Assembly: GCF_963921235.1 (NCBI RefSeq)
Contig: NC_086109.1
Coordinates: forward strand, 21,578,001-21,642,000
Origin: Mobula hypostoma
Taxonomy: Eukaryota
Direction of reading: 5' to 3'
Length of the DNA stretch: 64,000 nucleotides
Translations under genes and position numbers: made by a program
Shown: positions 25,420-38,482 of the stretch, one piece after another
How positions within the stretch are numbered: the stretch's first letter is position 1
Layout of the letters: each line of letters starts with the position of its first letter
Notes under the pieces: model-generated
What the model saw: the letters and a program-made list of their open reading frames with translations, nothing else
Told to the model about the DNA's origin: nothing
Database searches by the model: none

Positions 25420-25890
25420 TAAGGAGAAGACTTTCCTGTAGTGAGAGCCACAAAGGTTATGATTGTTTGAGGTCAGTCATTCCAACTCCCAAGAGATGAC
25501 TGCATGAGTTCCTCGCAGCAATGTCCACCATTAACCATTTTAGGCTGCTTCATCAGTGACTTCTGTCATGAAGTTGGATGTGGGGATGTTTGCTGCTAAT
25601 TTCACTTGTTCAATTCCACTTGCGGCTTCTTAGAAAACGTAGCAGCCCAATCCTATACGCAGCAGGATCTACACAACTTTTAGGCATGAATAGCAAGCAA
25701 CATCCATGCCAATAAAGTGCCAATTAAAACCTAACCAACAGGAGGGATTCTAATTAAGAACCTTGAAAGTCAACTGCACCAGCCAGGTAAATTATTGGTC
25801 TACCAGAGGAAGTTAGATGCTAGATATCCTGAAGCAAGTGACTCATCTGGTTTCATTCCATAGCCTTTTAACCATCAGGAGTATGATGCA
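25420..25890 (+). mobile_element. Old LINE RT fragment (CR1/L2-like); its 3' end probably lies at 26780-27060
   Basis: Decayed GVPQGS..CFISD..GMFA region. Confidence 0.5.
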
Positions 25891-25902
25891 ATACTCTCAA
25901 TT

Positions 25903-26250
25903 TAAAAGATTAGCTTTATTACTTGTACATTGAAACATTGAAATATACAGTGAAAGGCATCACTTTGCATTGACGACCATTGCAGTTCAAGGATTCTGTT
26001 GGGAGCAGCCCACAGGTCCCAGCACGCTTCTGATGTCAACATACTGCAGCATGCCCACAACTCCCTTGCCCTACCCCTATCCATAGGTCTTTGGACTGTG
26101 GGAGCAAACTGGTGCACCCAGTGGAAACTCGTGCAGTCATGGGGAGAACCTACAAATTCCTTCCGGACAGCAGTGGGCATTGAACCTTGATTGGTGTTCG
26201 CTGGTACTGTAATGTGTTGTGCTAACTACTACATTACCATTATGCTACCC
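25903..26250 (-). mobile_element. V-SINE with Rex1-type tail
   Basis: Reverse tRNA head and V-domain; tail TTCACTGTAT..GTACAAGTAATAAAGCTAATCT. Confidence 0.8.
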
Positions 26251-26494
26251 TCCTGTCCTTACATCTCCTTTCTCTAGATGTATTTGACTTCAATAAAAAT
26301 TTAAAAAAAATAAAACAAAAAAATTTAAAAAAAAATAAAATTATAAAAAAATCTCCATCTACTTTGAAGAACAACAGGGAAAACTAGCATTTTTAGTTTG
26401 AACCCCACCTGCTAACCAAAATATTAATCACTTCTCCCATGTGCCTTGTGGCTGTAGTATGTGCCATCTATAAAATGTGCCAGTGTTACTCACT

Positions 26495-26780
26495 GAACAT
26501 GGAACGTAGAACATTAAAGCATACTTACAGGCCCTTCGGCCTGTGGTGCCCAAAATTGTAACGTACTCTAAGCTCAATCTAACCCTTCCCTCCTACATAG
26601 CCCTCCATTTTTCTATCAACCATGTGTCTATCTAAGAGTTTCTTAAATGCCACTAATGTATCTGTGTCTACCACCACCCTTGGTATTCCACGCATTCACC
26701 AATCTCTATGTAAAAATATTACCTCTCACGTCCTTCCTATACTTTCCTCCAATCACATTTAAATTACTGTATGCCCCTTC
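26495..26780 (-). mobile_element. CR1 3' fragment
   Basis: Reverse CR1 tail CAGGCCCTTCGGCC plus C-terminal coding end. Confidence 0.7.
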
Positions 26781-29634
26781 GTATCTGCAACAGCACACTT
26801 GCAACTTCTCCCACCAAGAGAAGGAACAGGGCAGCAGGCACATGCCAACCCCTATTGGCATGTTCACCTCCAAGTCACTCACCATCCTGGCTAGGAAATA
26901 TTATTCCTTCTTTGCCTCTGGGGCTAAATCCTGAGACACCTACCTAACAGCCATTTTATTGTGAGAAGGAAGAGCACCTCCACCTGCTTGTGGGCACTTG
27001 GAGATAATCGGTAAGTGCCAGCCTTGCCAGAGTTACTCACATGCTGATGAATGAATAAAGGAAACCATCGGGGAAAGTTTAAGGGATTTTTTTCTCACGG
27101 ACAGTGGTAGGGCCTGTAACGGTGGAAGCAAATACGATAGTTGTGCTTAAGACAGACACATGTCTATGCATGGAATGGAGGGGTATGAATCGTGCACAAG
27201 CAGAAGAGATTTATCTTCATTTGGCATTGTGTTCAGCACTGTCATTGTGGGCTGAAGGGCCAGTTCCTATGCTATCTTCATTATAGAATAAACCAGCATT
27301 CAGCTGACCTACATTCATGTGTAGTTGATTAATATCTCTATTCTTAGACATTGCCCCTTTTCTTCCTTTGTAACCTCCCCCAGCTCCTGAGATCACGAAG
27401 CCTCTCATATTTTGCCTCAAATGCAATCCTTATCTTCCTCATTCCACCTCTGGTATTAAAGTCTGGAAATGCCTCCTCATTTCCCTCCTCCATTAAGAAA
27501 CTCCTTCTTTGATCTATTGTTATGTCTTCTTATATGCATCAGTTTCAAATTCTGTTTTATAATCAGGTTTGTCAGATGCCTTGGGATGCTTGACTGTTAA
27601 AGGTGCTGTATAAATGAAAGTTGGTGCTTGATACTACCCCTGTGCTCCTCTGCAGAGTTGGAGCTAATGGATTGGGTGACTCAGAGTTTAATTATTCCTC
27701 TACTTGAGCCCTGATAGAATGTGAGTTGTATTCCCTGATGGCTCCGCCTGCTTACAGTGCCTCCCCCCACCCCACCCCCAGGAACTCTCCAACTCAGAAC
27801 AAATAAATACCCTGGGATGTTCTGCACATACACAGATGCACAAACTTAATAAAAATTAATCTTCCGCTCCATACTCCAAAACATTTCTGAGGCACCAAGC
27901 TGAGACTCGGGAGTTACGCCCAAATGAATTTAAAGAATGAGTCTCCAGTCAAGATTACAAGGAAAAAAAAGGGGAAGGAAAACAATAAACTGAATCAATT
28001 TTCAGTGCTGACGTACTGAGTAGATGGCTCTGTCTGAGCTGAGAGGGGAGATTTCCATCAAGTAGCATGGTAGACAGATGTGCTCACATTACAAAGAATG
28101 GTGTTAAAGCTTTTTGTGGAGAAGACATATTTTGCAGAGGGAAGTGGATGGATTGAACTCGTGGGGAAAATTTGGCAGAAGGTATAGAATGCGAGGTGGA
28201 AAATTAGGTTGTCCTCTTTAAATGAAACACCGCTCACATAGAGGTATTTATTGTAACTAATTAGGAAGGTGAAAGTAAGGTTGATATATTGTCTTACAAA
28301 TAGATTAATTAAAATCATTGAGTCATATGGCACGGGAACAGGCTGTGAAGTTTTGCGTCACAAAAAGCTATGAGGCCCAGTCATTAGGTGTATTTAACTA
28401 GGTTCTTGTTTGTGAAGCGGGTTAAAGTTTAAAGGGAAAAGATGGAAGAATGGAATTGAAAAAAAAATCAGCTCTGATTGAATGGCGGAGCAGACTCAAT
28501 GGGCCAAATGGTTCGATTCTGCTCCTAAATCTTATGGACTTAAGTAGTGACAACTCTCTACCTACACCTTCACTGCTCAGGTCCTGATTTTCTGAGAGGC
28601 TCGTCAGTCCTCACTAGTTGCATTTCTTTACACACATTGGCTGCTATATAATAATAGACTTTGAGTCAATGCAGCTCTTCAACTGCAGTGCATCAGAGTA
28701 ACTGTGCAGACAACTATTTTTGTTCTCACTGCTGGTAGATATGTGTACCAAACAGAGCAATGAAATTGGAGTTTCAGTGCTTCTCAAGGAGATTGTTAAA
28801 TTGGTTTCCATTTCCATTCTTCTCAAGTATCAACAGGTGTTCAATGTCCAACTCTCTTGCTATTGAGTCAGAAGTCTGTGCATTCAAAACCCTCTCCAAA
28901 CACTTGGGCTTATGGCTTGGTGTTCTTAGTCCAGTACTACAGTGTTAGAGATGCAGGACAAGCTGTTAAATCAAGATCCCTCTCTGCCCTGATGGTAGAT
29001 GTGAAAAACCTCCTTTGTCAGCATTTCTCCTTGAGTCTTGACCTACATTTACCCATACACTGCATCTAAAAAAAAAACACCTTTCTGTGTTCATGGACCA
29101 CATAAAGTACAGATTAGATGTAACATTTGACTACATAGTAACAACAATTAAAAAGTAATTCTTTGAGGATGTGACACATGGCATATAAATGTTTTTTCTT
29201 TCTTGTAGATACGGTGGAACCATTTGACTCTTGTTTGCAATAACTATTATCATAACTCTAGGTGCTGTGTTGTGTGTGACTGTTGGTACTGTGTTTTGTA
29301 CCCTGGCCCGGGAGGAATGCTGCTTCGTTTGACCGTATTCATGGGTACGGTTGAATGATAATTCAACTTGAACATGAACTCCAATAACTTAGTGGGGAGG
29401 AGGGATTCCTGCTAATATTTTTTTAATGGAATCTTGTTTCCTTCCAAAGAAATAAACCGTTTCCCAGAGCTTGTCAAATGTGCAATTTGATAAAATCAGG
29501 TGGTTTTTTTTCCTTTCCATATAGTTTCAGACGGATAAATCGTACAAAATTAATACATGAGCATACAAGTTAGGAGACAACTCCTGCCTGTTCTGCCATT
29601 TGATAAGTTCAACAAATTTCACGACATATGTCAG

Positions 29635-30358
29635 TTGTGTCATACTGCGTCCGGTGCTCCCGATGTGGCCTTCTATATATTGGCGAGACCCAATGCAGAC
29701 TGGGAGATCGTTTTGTTGAACACCTACGCTCTGTCCGCCAGAGAAAGCAGGATCTCCCAGTGGCCACATATTTAAATTCCACATCCCATTCCCATTCTGA
29801 TATGTCTATGCACAGCCTCCTCTACTGTAAAGATGAAGCCACACTCAGGTTGGAGAAACAACATCTTATATTCCATCTGGGTAGCCTCCAACCTGATCGC
29901 ATGAAAGTTGACTTCTCTAACTTCCGCTAATGCCCCACCTCCCCCTCATACCCCATCCATTATTTATATACACACATTCTTTCTCTCACTTTCCTTTTTC
30001 TCCCTCTGTCCCTCCGACTGTACCCCTTGCCCATCCTCTGGGTTTCCCCCCTCCCCCTTTTCCTTCTCCCTGGGCCTCCTGTCCCATGATCCTCTCATAT
30101 CCCTTTTGCCAATCACCTGTCCAGCTCTTGGCTCCATCCCTCCCCCTCCTGTCTTCTCCTATCATTTCAGATCTCGCCCTTCCCCCTCCCACTTTCAAAT
30201 CTCTTACTAACTCTTCCTTCAGTTAGTCCTGATGAAGGGTCTCGGCCTGAAACGTCGACTGTACCTCTTCCTAGAGATGCTGCCTGGCCTGCTGCGTTCA
30301 CCAGCAACTTTTATGTATGTTGCTTGAATTTCCAGCATCTGTAGAATTCCTGTTGTTT
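29635..30358 (+). mobile_element. Penelope-like element 3' part (GIY-YIG endonuclease + 3' UTR/pLTR)
   Basis: VxYCVRCSRCGLLYIGET..LGDRFVEH..EKQHLIFHLGSLQP; pyrimidine-rich UTR; highly similar to 44690-45357. Confidence 0.92.
30224..30261 (+). ncRNA. Minimal type I hammerhead ribozyme motif
   Basis: AGTC-CTGATGA-AGG(GTCTCGG)CCT-GAAAC-GTC-GACT: intact core, stem I AGTC/GACT, stem II AGG/CCT, palindromic ACGT in place of stem III. Confidence 0.85.
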
Positions 30359-30479
30359 ACATGGTGTAACTGGGTGGAGTGAGCTCATTGGACCAGAAGG
30401 GCCTGTTAATGTGCTGTATGTCTAAATAAAATGAAGTATATAACCATGAGTTTTTGTCTTCAATTACCTTTTACTTAAT

Positions 30480-32130
30480 CAGCCAGTTGAGTGCATCAAT
30501 GTTTGTTTTTGCCGAGAGAAGGCTCCCAAGGTGAGGGAAGTGATCCATGTCACAATCGTGCCAGGAATCTTTACTGTTATGCGGCAGAGTGGTGCTGTGA
30601 GGAGAAGATGGTAGAGGACCTTTGTCTTGCAGATCTTCTCTTACCATCCTGTCTTTGTGTGTTTGACACTGAAAGTGTTGACAATAGTTTCTGAGCATGC
30701 ATAAAAGCAAGCATTGCCTGCATATTGCCACTAGGCTTCTGGGGATCAGTAACCTCGCTTCTGAAATAGTCATCAATTGAACAGCATCCATCATTTTTGA
30801 AGATGATCTCCACTTCCATGGAAAGTTTCTCAGAGGTGTATTGCAACTTTACGGGAAGAAGGACCATGAAAAATGTTTGAGCAATGACACCGCCTTGTTT
30901 AATACCAGTCACCACTGAGAATGCATCGTCTATATTATACAAGGGGTGATTGATAAGTTCATGGCCTAATGTAGAAGGAGTCAATTTTAGAAAACCTAGT
31001 GCATTTATTTTTCAACATAGTCCCCTCTGCATGTTCACACTTAGTCCTGCGGTTGTGGAGCATACCGATCCCTTCTTTGTAGAAGTTGTCCACAGCAGGG
31101 GTGATTGATAAGTTCATGGCCTAAGGTAGAAGGAGATGAGTTATTAACTTCAAACTTTCTGCATTACCACTCAAAGAGTTGAACTGCACATGCATCTAAC
31201 GAGAGCACCTTGGACCTCCAGGTGGTCCACAGCAGGGGTGATTGATAAGTTTGTGGCCTAAGGTAGGAGGAGATGAGTTATACAGCTCTCATTACATGCA
31301 CGTGCAGTTCAACTCTTTGAGTGATTATGCAGAGAAAGTTTGAAGTTAAGAACTCATCTCCTTCTACCTTAGGCCACAAACTTATCAATCACCCCTGCTG
31401 TGGACCGCTTTCTGGAGGTCCAAGACGCCGACTTCTACAAAGAAGGGATGCATATGCTGCACGACTGCTGGACTAAGTGTGTAAATGTAAGAAAAATAAA
31501 TGTGCTAGGTTTTCTAAAATTGACTCCTTCTACCTTAGGCCACGAACTTATCAATCACCCCTCATATAACATTCTGCTCTGTACACTGTTGTGGAGCTAG
31601 CAAAAAGATAAAAACACCTTTCAGTCGGAATCCGGATTTGGGGAGAGTATTCCACAATCCCTTCCAAATAGTGGAATCAAAGAGTTGATAAAAGGCCTCG
31701 AGTAATGTCTTGTGCTGCTTCCTACAGTTTTCTTTCAGTAGTCCACTATGTCTCAGCACAGACAGAATAGAGAGCACCTCTTTGGATAGTGGGAGGAGGA
31801 TATTGAAAAGGACTTGATGATCAAAGTCAAAATAAATTCATTGTCCCTACCTTGACGACTTTCCCTCTGATAGACCGCAGAAAGCCCGCTCTATAATTAT
31901 CACGAGATGCTTCTTTTCTGAAAGAAGGTCACCATAACAGCATCACATTGTCCTGTAGAATATCCTACTTTTTATAGATGTGGGCTGGAAGGCTGCAGAT
32001 TGGAGATTGAAGTATTTCACCGGCAAGTTTTAGGATTTCAGAAAGATGATAAGGGCCCGAGGTATGATCATTCCTTGATATAAGTGTCCTTGATGTCATC
32101 CCTTGTCAGCCTGTTCAGCTACATATCATA
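30480..32130 (-). mobile_element. RTE/BovB-like LINE RT fragment split by a mariner derivative
   Basis: FSVVTGIKQGGVIAQTFF, HFPHLGSLLS, FDSTIWKGLWNTL. Confidence 0.75.
30938..31566. mobile_element. Non-autonomous mariner-derived palindromic element
   Basis: TA TSDs at 30936-37 and 31567-68; TIR TACAAGGGGTGATTGATAAGTTC; mariner C-terminal remnant FYKEGMHMLHDCWTKCV in both arms. Confidence 0.88.
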
Positions 32131-32853
32131 ATGGTTAGTGAAACACACTTCCTTTCCTAAAGGGCCATTGGTTAGCCTTTTGAGTTTTTAAATGATAACC
32201 TGACAACTTCAAGGTAAGATTAACATTTCCAGAGTCACAAAACTAAGATGCATAAAATAAAATAGTCATTAATATATTCATCAAGTAAATCTGGTAAATT
32301 TTATTTATTAAGAGAGTGGTTAGAATATAGCAGTAGTTACCAGTGAAAATACTTGAAGCAAATAGTTTAGATGCTTTTTAAGATGAGAATATAATAGGCA
32401 TTAGAAAGATATGCAGAAAGGCTATGGTGAGGTAGATAGTTGGCAAGGTTTGTATGTAACATGCTTATAAACACCAGCACAGATAAGTTGGCCTAAAGGT
32501 TTTATTCTCTCTCTTTCTGTTGCATATTCAATATAGTTCTCACATTGAATTCAAATTATCAAGGACCCCAGGACATGCTAAATCAATTCCTCTGAGTTGT
32601 TAGTCCAGGCTTTAACTTGCCATCTCAAGAACAAATCTATAATTTGTCATATACTGAGGAAGAAGCAAGAATTCCGAACGCTCTGTTAATATTTCTATAT
32701 TTTTGCAAGAAATAGCATTTGCATTATATTTTACAACACTGCTGACTAAACCAATTTGAAGACTCGTGTATCACTACAACCTAGGGAAGGTCAAATACTG
32801 CCAGCCTGGCCAACAAAACCTTTATCCTGAGAAAAATAAAGTACCACATCATA

Positions 32854-33426
32854 TACTCATGGCCACTTTATTAGGTACACCTGTACACCTGCTCCTTAAT
32901 GCAAATATCTAATCAGCCAATCATGTGGCAGCAACCCAATACATAAAAGCATGCAGACATGGTCAAGAGGTTCTGCTGTTGTTCAGACCAAACATAGAAT
33001 AAGGAATAAGTGTGATCTAAGTGTCTTCAGCTGCAAAATGATTGTCAATGCCAGACAGGGTAGTTTAAGTGCCTCAGAAACTGCTGACCTCCTGAGATTT
33101 TCACACACAATAGTCTCTAGAGTTTACGGAGAATGGTGTGGAAAAGAAACAATAAAATATCCAAAGAGCAGCAATTCTTTGGGCAAAAACACCTTGTTAA
33201 TGAGAGAGGTCAGAGGAGAATTTGCCAGACTGGTTCAAGCTGACAAGAAGATGACAGTATCTCAAATGACCATGAATTACAACAGTGGTGTGCAGAAGAG
33301 CATCTCTGAATGCACAACACATCAAATCTTGAAGTGGATGGGCTACAGCAATGGAGGACCATGAACACACACTCAATGGCTACTTTGTTAAGTATAGATG
33401 GTGCGTAATAATGTGGCCGCTGAGTG
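32854..33426 (+). mobile_element. Internally deleted Tc1-like DNA transposon
   Basis: TIR (C)ACTCAGTGGCCACTTTATTAGG at both ends; HTH remnant MIVNARQG..SETADLLRFSHTIVSRVYGEW; no DDE domain. Confidence 0.85.
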
Positions 33427-34194
33427 GATAACAATTACTCGCACTTGCCATTACAGGCTATGTATCGAAGTTAAATGTAGTCTACACCTGAGAGAAGCCT
33501 AGATTGTGCAATAGTTTGACTTCCTGTTTTGAATCTGCATGACTACCATTGTATAAAACTTAGTTATGAGGAGCGATGGAGAAATAAGGTTGATTGAATC
33601 ATAGGAGTTTCACTAGCCAATCACAGGAGTATCCCACAAACCGTGCTGCTACAGCAGTGATTGGAAGGTATAGTTACAGTGTGACAGGGCTACGGAGGCA
33701 TCACCCATTTTAATTAAGGTAAAGAAAGTTACAATGGTGTCAGTTAGAATGCCAGAATTCTTTCCACTGGCAGAAGGATTGTTAAAATTACAACATGAAT
33801 TTATGTTGATTTAAGAAGTAAAAAGTGCAAATTTGTTTATGCAGCATGCAGTTAGGAGCTGTAAAACATTGCCAAGAGGATGATGGAAGTAGATCCAACA
33901 TCAACCTTAAAAAGGAGAATTGGATACATGCTGCAGCAGGAGAATGACAGTAAATGGCTCCTTTCCACCTTGTATCATCCTATGATTCTCTGACAAATAG
34001 AATGCAGTTAATGATAATTGGGATAAACTGTTGGAATCTTGGCACAGTATCTCTGTGGCAGAAGATGAAAGTATCAGAGTTCAGGTTGTAGAGGGCTTCA
34101 CTTTTGGTAGGTCTTTTGATATAGGGAATTGTGCTGCAAATCAAACAACTACAACACAGATTAGAAATGGTTTTCCTGATAAACAGCTCAATAC

Positions 34195-34396
34195 AACAGC
34201 CCACAAAATGCTGGAGGAAGTCGGCAGATCAGGCAGCATCTACGGAAAGGAATAAAGAGTTGATGCTTCAGGCCGAGACCCTTCCAAAACATTGACTCTT
34301 AGTTCCTTTCCATAGATGCTACCTGACCTGCTGAGTTCCTCCGGCATTTTGTGCGCATGTTACTCTGGATTTCTAGCATCTGCAAAATCTCTTGTG
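34195..34396. repeat. Penelope-derived fold-back element (~64-bp arms)
   Basis: 34202-34265 is the imperfect reverse complement of 34290-34353; the loop carries part of an antisense hammerhead. Confidence 0.85.
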
Positions 34397-34849
34397 CTTA
34401 TTCAATACAACATCATGTATTTTACATTAATCATCACTGTCCTGTTTTTCATTTACAAAAAAACTTCATTGTCAAATTCCATAAACCAACTCATAATTAT
34501 GAGCAAAAGTTAATTAATTATGAATATGTATAATCATTACTGACAGGCTCACGGCTAGAAATCAGTTTTGAATCTAATCATCTAAAACCTTTCCAACTAA
34601 TCATTAAAATAATTAGCTGCCTGACTTTGACTGACAGGCACAAAACTGAAGGAAAATACAACAGCATTTCAAATCATTCAGGTGAAGTTTAAAGACATCT
34701 CTACAATCAGGGGTGTGACCTGGGGGAATTTACCCACAGCAATCTGAAATGACCAGATAATGTGTTCTGGAGATATTGATAAAGAGAAAATACCAGACAC
34801 TAGTGAGAATACTCTCCCTGGGCAGTGTAGTGATACAACCTTGTGCTTC

Positions 34850-35165
34850 AAAATGTCAGAGATCCAGATTCTGTCTTGATACCAGGTATGGAGTTTGCAC
34901 ATTCTCCCTGTGACTGTGCTGGTTTCCTTGAGGTTCTCAATTTTCTCCCAGACCCCTAAGACTTGCAGATCAGTTGGTTAACTGGCCAATGTTTACTGTT
35001 TAATCGACCAATGTTAACTGCACTAGAGTTTGGCTGGTTGGTAGAATCTGTGGGAAGGTGGTACAGATGTGGAGAGAGTAACAAACTGGGAATGATGTAC
35101 AATTTCTGTAAATAGGTGGTTGATGTTTGATGGTTTCTCTGCTGTATACCTCTGTAATTCTATGT
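34850..35165 (+). mobile_element. Decayed V-SINE
   Basis: GGAGTTTGCACATTCTCCCTGTGACTG V-domain. Confidence 0.7.
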
Positions 35166-35617
35166 CCTTTCAAACATTTGTCAAGGGGTCTTCAACATCT
35201 ACTTAAGAAATCAACAGTTTAGAATCTCATGCCCTGAGCCTTTCATTAGGAGTTCTTGCGTTGAATATGGTCTCCATTATTGGAACTGATTCTAAAACTT
35301 GCTGATTTAGTCATACAGTTTGATCTGATCCTAATCTCCTATTTCTAAACAGTATAGTTTAGTCCTGCCCTCTGGTTTGGGCCAGTGCTAAGTAATCTCT
35401 AATCCAGGATTAGACCAGTCCTGACTCTAATTCTGATTGAGCTGCACTCAAGTGGAGGCCAACTTGGAATCATCTTCCTCTCTAATCCTAAAACAGCATG
35501 GTTTAAACTCTACACTTGGGTTAGCTCTGGTACTTTCAATCCTGCAATTCTTTAGGGCATTCATTAATTACAGGACATCATGAATTCATTTCTAATTCCA
35601 GATCATTAAAGTCTAAT

Positions 35618-36858
35618 GTTCAAAGTTCAAAGTAAATTTATTATCAAGGTACATATATGTTACCATATGCAAACATATTTATGTTCTTGTTGGCATACTC
35701 AATAAATATATAGAATAATAACCATGATAGAATCAATGAAAGACCATTCAACTTGAGTGTTCAACCAGAGTGCAGAAGACAACCAACGGTGCAAATACAA
35801 AGAGAAAGAAATAATAATAAATAAATATGCACTAAATATCAAGAGTATGAGATGAAGAGTTCTTGAAAGTGGGTCTGTTGGTTGTGGGATCATTTCAAGG
35901 TTGGGGCAAGTGAAGTTGAGTGAAGTTATCTCCTTTGGTTCAAGAGTCCGATGGTTAAGGGGTAGTAACTGTTCCTGAACATGGTGGTGTGAGTCCTGAG
36001 GCTCCTGTACCTTCTTCTGGATGGCAGCAGCAAGAAGAGAGCATGTCCTAGGTGGTGGGGTTCCTTGATGATGGATGCTGCTTTCCTGCAACAGGTTTTC
36101 ATGTAGATGTGCTCAATGGTGGGGAAGGCTTTATTCATGACGGACTGGGCCATATCCACTACCTTTTGCAGGATTTTTCGTACCAGGCTGTGATGCAGCC
36201 ATACTCTCCACTACACATCTATAGACATTTGTCAAAGTTTTAGATGTCTTGCTAAACCTAGACAAACTCTTAAGGAAATAGAGGCTTTCTTTGTAATTGC
36301 ACTTACATGCTGGACCCAGGAGAGGTCCTCCAAAATAATAACACCAGGGAAGTTAAAGTTGCTGACCCTCTATCTCTGATCCTCCGATGAGGATTGGCTC
36401 ATGGACCTCTGGTTTCCTTCTCCTCCTTGGTCTTGCTGACATTGAGTAACAGGTTGTTGTGCCACCATTCAGCCAGATTTTTAATCTCCCTCCTGTACAC
36501 TGATTCATCACCACCTTTGATTCAGCCTAAGACAGTGGTGTCATCAGCAAACTTGAACATGGCATTGGAGCTGTGCTTAGCCACACAGTCATAAGTGTAA
36601 AGCGAATAGAGCAGGGGTCTAAGCATAGAGCTTGTGATGCACCTGTGCTGACGGAGATTGTGGAGGAAATGTTTTCACCAGTCCAAACTGACTGGGGTCT
36701 GCGAGTGAGGAAATTGAGGATCCAATTGCACAAGATGGTGTTGAGGCCAAAGACTTAGTGCTTATTGATTAGTTTTGAGGGGATGATGGAATTAAAACTG
36801 ATGTATGTACCTTTGCTGTCCAGATGTTTCAAGGTTGAATGAAGCACCAACGAGATGT
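35618..36858 (-). mobile_element. Rex1/Babar LINE (RT to 3' end)
   Basis: [60 protein letters not shown], (TTGAAC)n tail. Confidence 0.9.
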
Positions 36859-37103
36859 CAAATATTAAGTAAGACATCATTACCTGGATAGCCCAGTTCT
36901 CTTATGACAGGATGCGGCAGCTAGTGGCCACTCTTAGGTCAGCCTAAACTGGTCCCATACTCTGTGTTTGTGGAAGTTTGTGTACAATACCTGGATAATG
37001 TTGATTCATCCTTGGGGACCACCACACATCATCAATAACCCTTTAAAGAACATTTCTTTTATGAGATTTGTCATCAAATAAGTCATATCTAGATATCTGA
37101 GAA

Positions 37104-37577
37104 ACACTCACAAAGTGCTGGAGGAACTCAGCAGGTCTGGCAGCATCTATAGAGGGGAATAAACAATTGACATCTCAGGCCGAAACCCTTCCTCAGGACT
37201 GGGGAAGGAAAGGGGAAGAAGCCAAATAAGAAGGTGGGTGGAGTGGGTGGAGTGGCAGGTGATAGGTGAAACTAGGTGAGAGGGAAGGTGGGTGGGTGGA
37301 GTGGTGGGGTGATTTAAGAAGTTGGGAGCTGATAGGTGGAAAAGGTAAAGGGATGAAAAAGAAGGAATCAGATTGTAGAGGAGAGAGAAAGGTGGGGGAG
37401 AAAGGGAAGCAGAGGTTAATCAGAGGGAGGTGATGAACAGGTGAGGAGAAGAGAAGGGGTAAGAGGGGAGCCAGAATGGGGAATGGGAAAAAAGGATGGG
37501 AAAAATGAGAGGGAGAAATTACCAGAAGTTAGTGCAATTGACATTCATGCTATCAGATTGGAGGCTACCCAGACAAA
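37104..37577 (-). mobile_element. Penelope-like 3' fragment with degenerate hammerhead
   Basis: Reverse of LGSLQSDSMNVN, the pyrimidine-rich UTR, and CAGTCCTGAGGAAGGGTTTCGGCCTGAGATGTC. Confidence 0.8.
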
Positions 37578-38011
37578 TCCAGAAATTTAAAGTTTTGACC
37601 CCTTCCCTGGTGTGGCCAAAGCTGTGGTGAATGGCAGAACTGGCTAAGAACTGAGAATTGAATCACCAATGGAATCAGCAAGTTTTGAGTTCTAAGTATG
37701 TGGCTCCTTTGAATCCACATTCATTGTCATCAAGCTTGACTGGTCAAAACACTTTCAGTTTGAAGAAATAAATCAAGAAATAAACCTGTAATCTCAGAAT
37801 GCAAGAAACATAATTAGAGAAAGGGGATTTCCTGACAGGGTTTGATTGAATTCAGGGATATGCACTTGAAATCCATGATTACTTTAAAAGACAATGATTT
37901 TCTTATTAAGCTAGAGGTTTTAGTGACCAACATTGAAGCAAGGTATTAGGATTAATATGGGACTCTTGATTCACAAGACTGACTTGCAAATGAGGGATTT
38001 CACTCAGAAAG

Positions 38012-38035
38012 GTGTGTGTGTGTGTGTGTATGTGT
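38012..38035. repeat. (GT)n microsatellite in a GA/GT-rich low-complexity tract
   Basis: Directly visible in the sequence. Confidence 0.9.
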
Positions 38036-38269
38036 GAATATGAGATCAACAGAACCAATATGAGAATGAATGTACTTATAAAAGAGAAAATGTATGAGTG
38101 AGTGTTAAAGCATGAGAAAGGGAGAGGATAAGAGGGTGAAGAAGATTGCATGTATGAATGTGAGAGAGGAGAGCATGCATGCAAACTGTGTGTGATAGAG
38201 AGAAATTTTGTGAGTGAAGAGGGAAAACTGTTTGTGTGTGTGTGCTTTTTATAGATGAACAGTGGAGAG

Positions 38270-38482
38270 AATTCTAATTGGTTGCATCATGGTCTGGCAC
38301 AGAAACACCAAGGCCCAGGAATGAAAAACGTCTACTGAACGATGTGAATACAACCCAACTTATTACAGGTGAAGCGCTCCCCACCAGTAAGCACATTTAC
38401 ATGGAGCACTGCCACAAGAAAGCAGCAACCATCATCAAGGACCTCCACCATCAAGGCCTGGCTCTCTCTTCACTGTTGTCAG
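38270..38482 (+). mobile_element. Rex1 fragment
   Basis: ITGEALPT..IYMEHCHKKAATIIKDLHH. Confidence 0.75.

Noticed and set aside
30938..31566. Regularly recurring ~40-bp repeats that look CRISPR-like
   Set aside because: The repeats occur in both orientations, the spacers are themselves inverted copies, and TA TSDs plus a mariner remnant are present. The context is eukaryotic with no cas genes.
37200..37520. G-rich tract or possible G-quadruplex as an independent feature
   Set aside because: It is the antisense of the pyrimidine-rich Penelope 3' UTR, also seen at 29930-30220 and 44930-45220.
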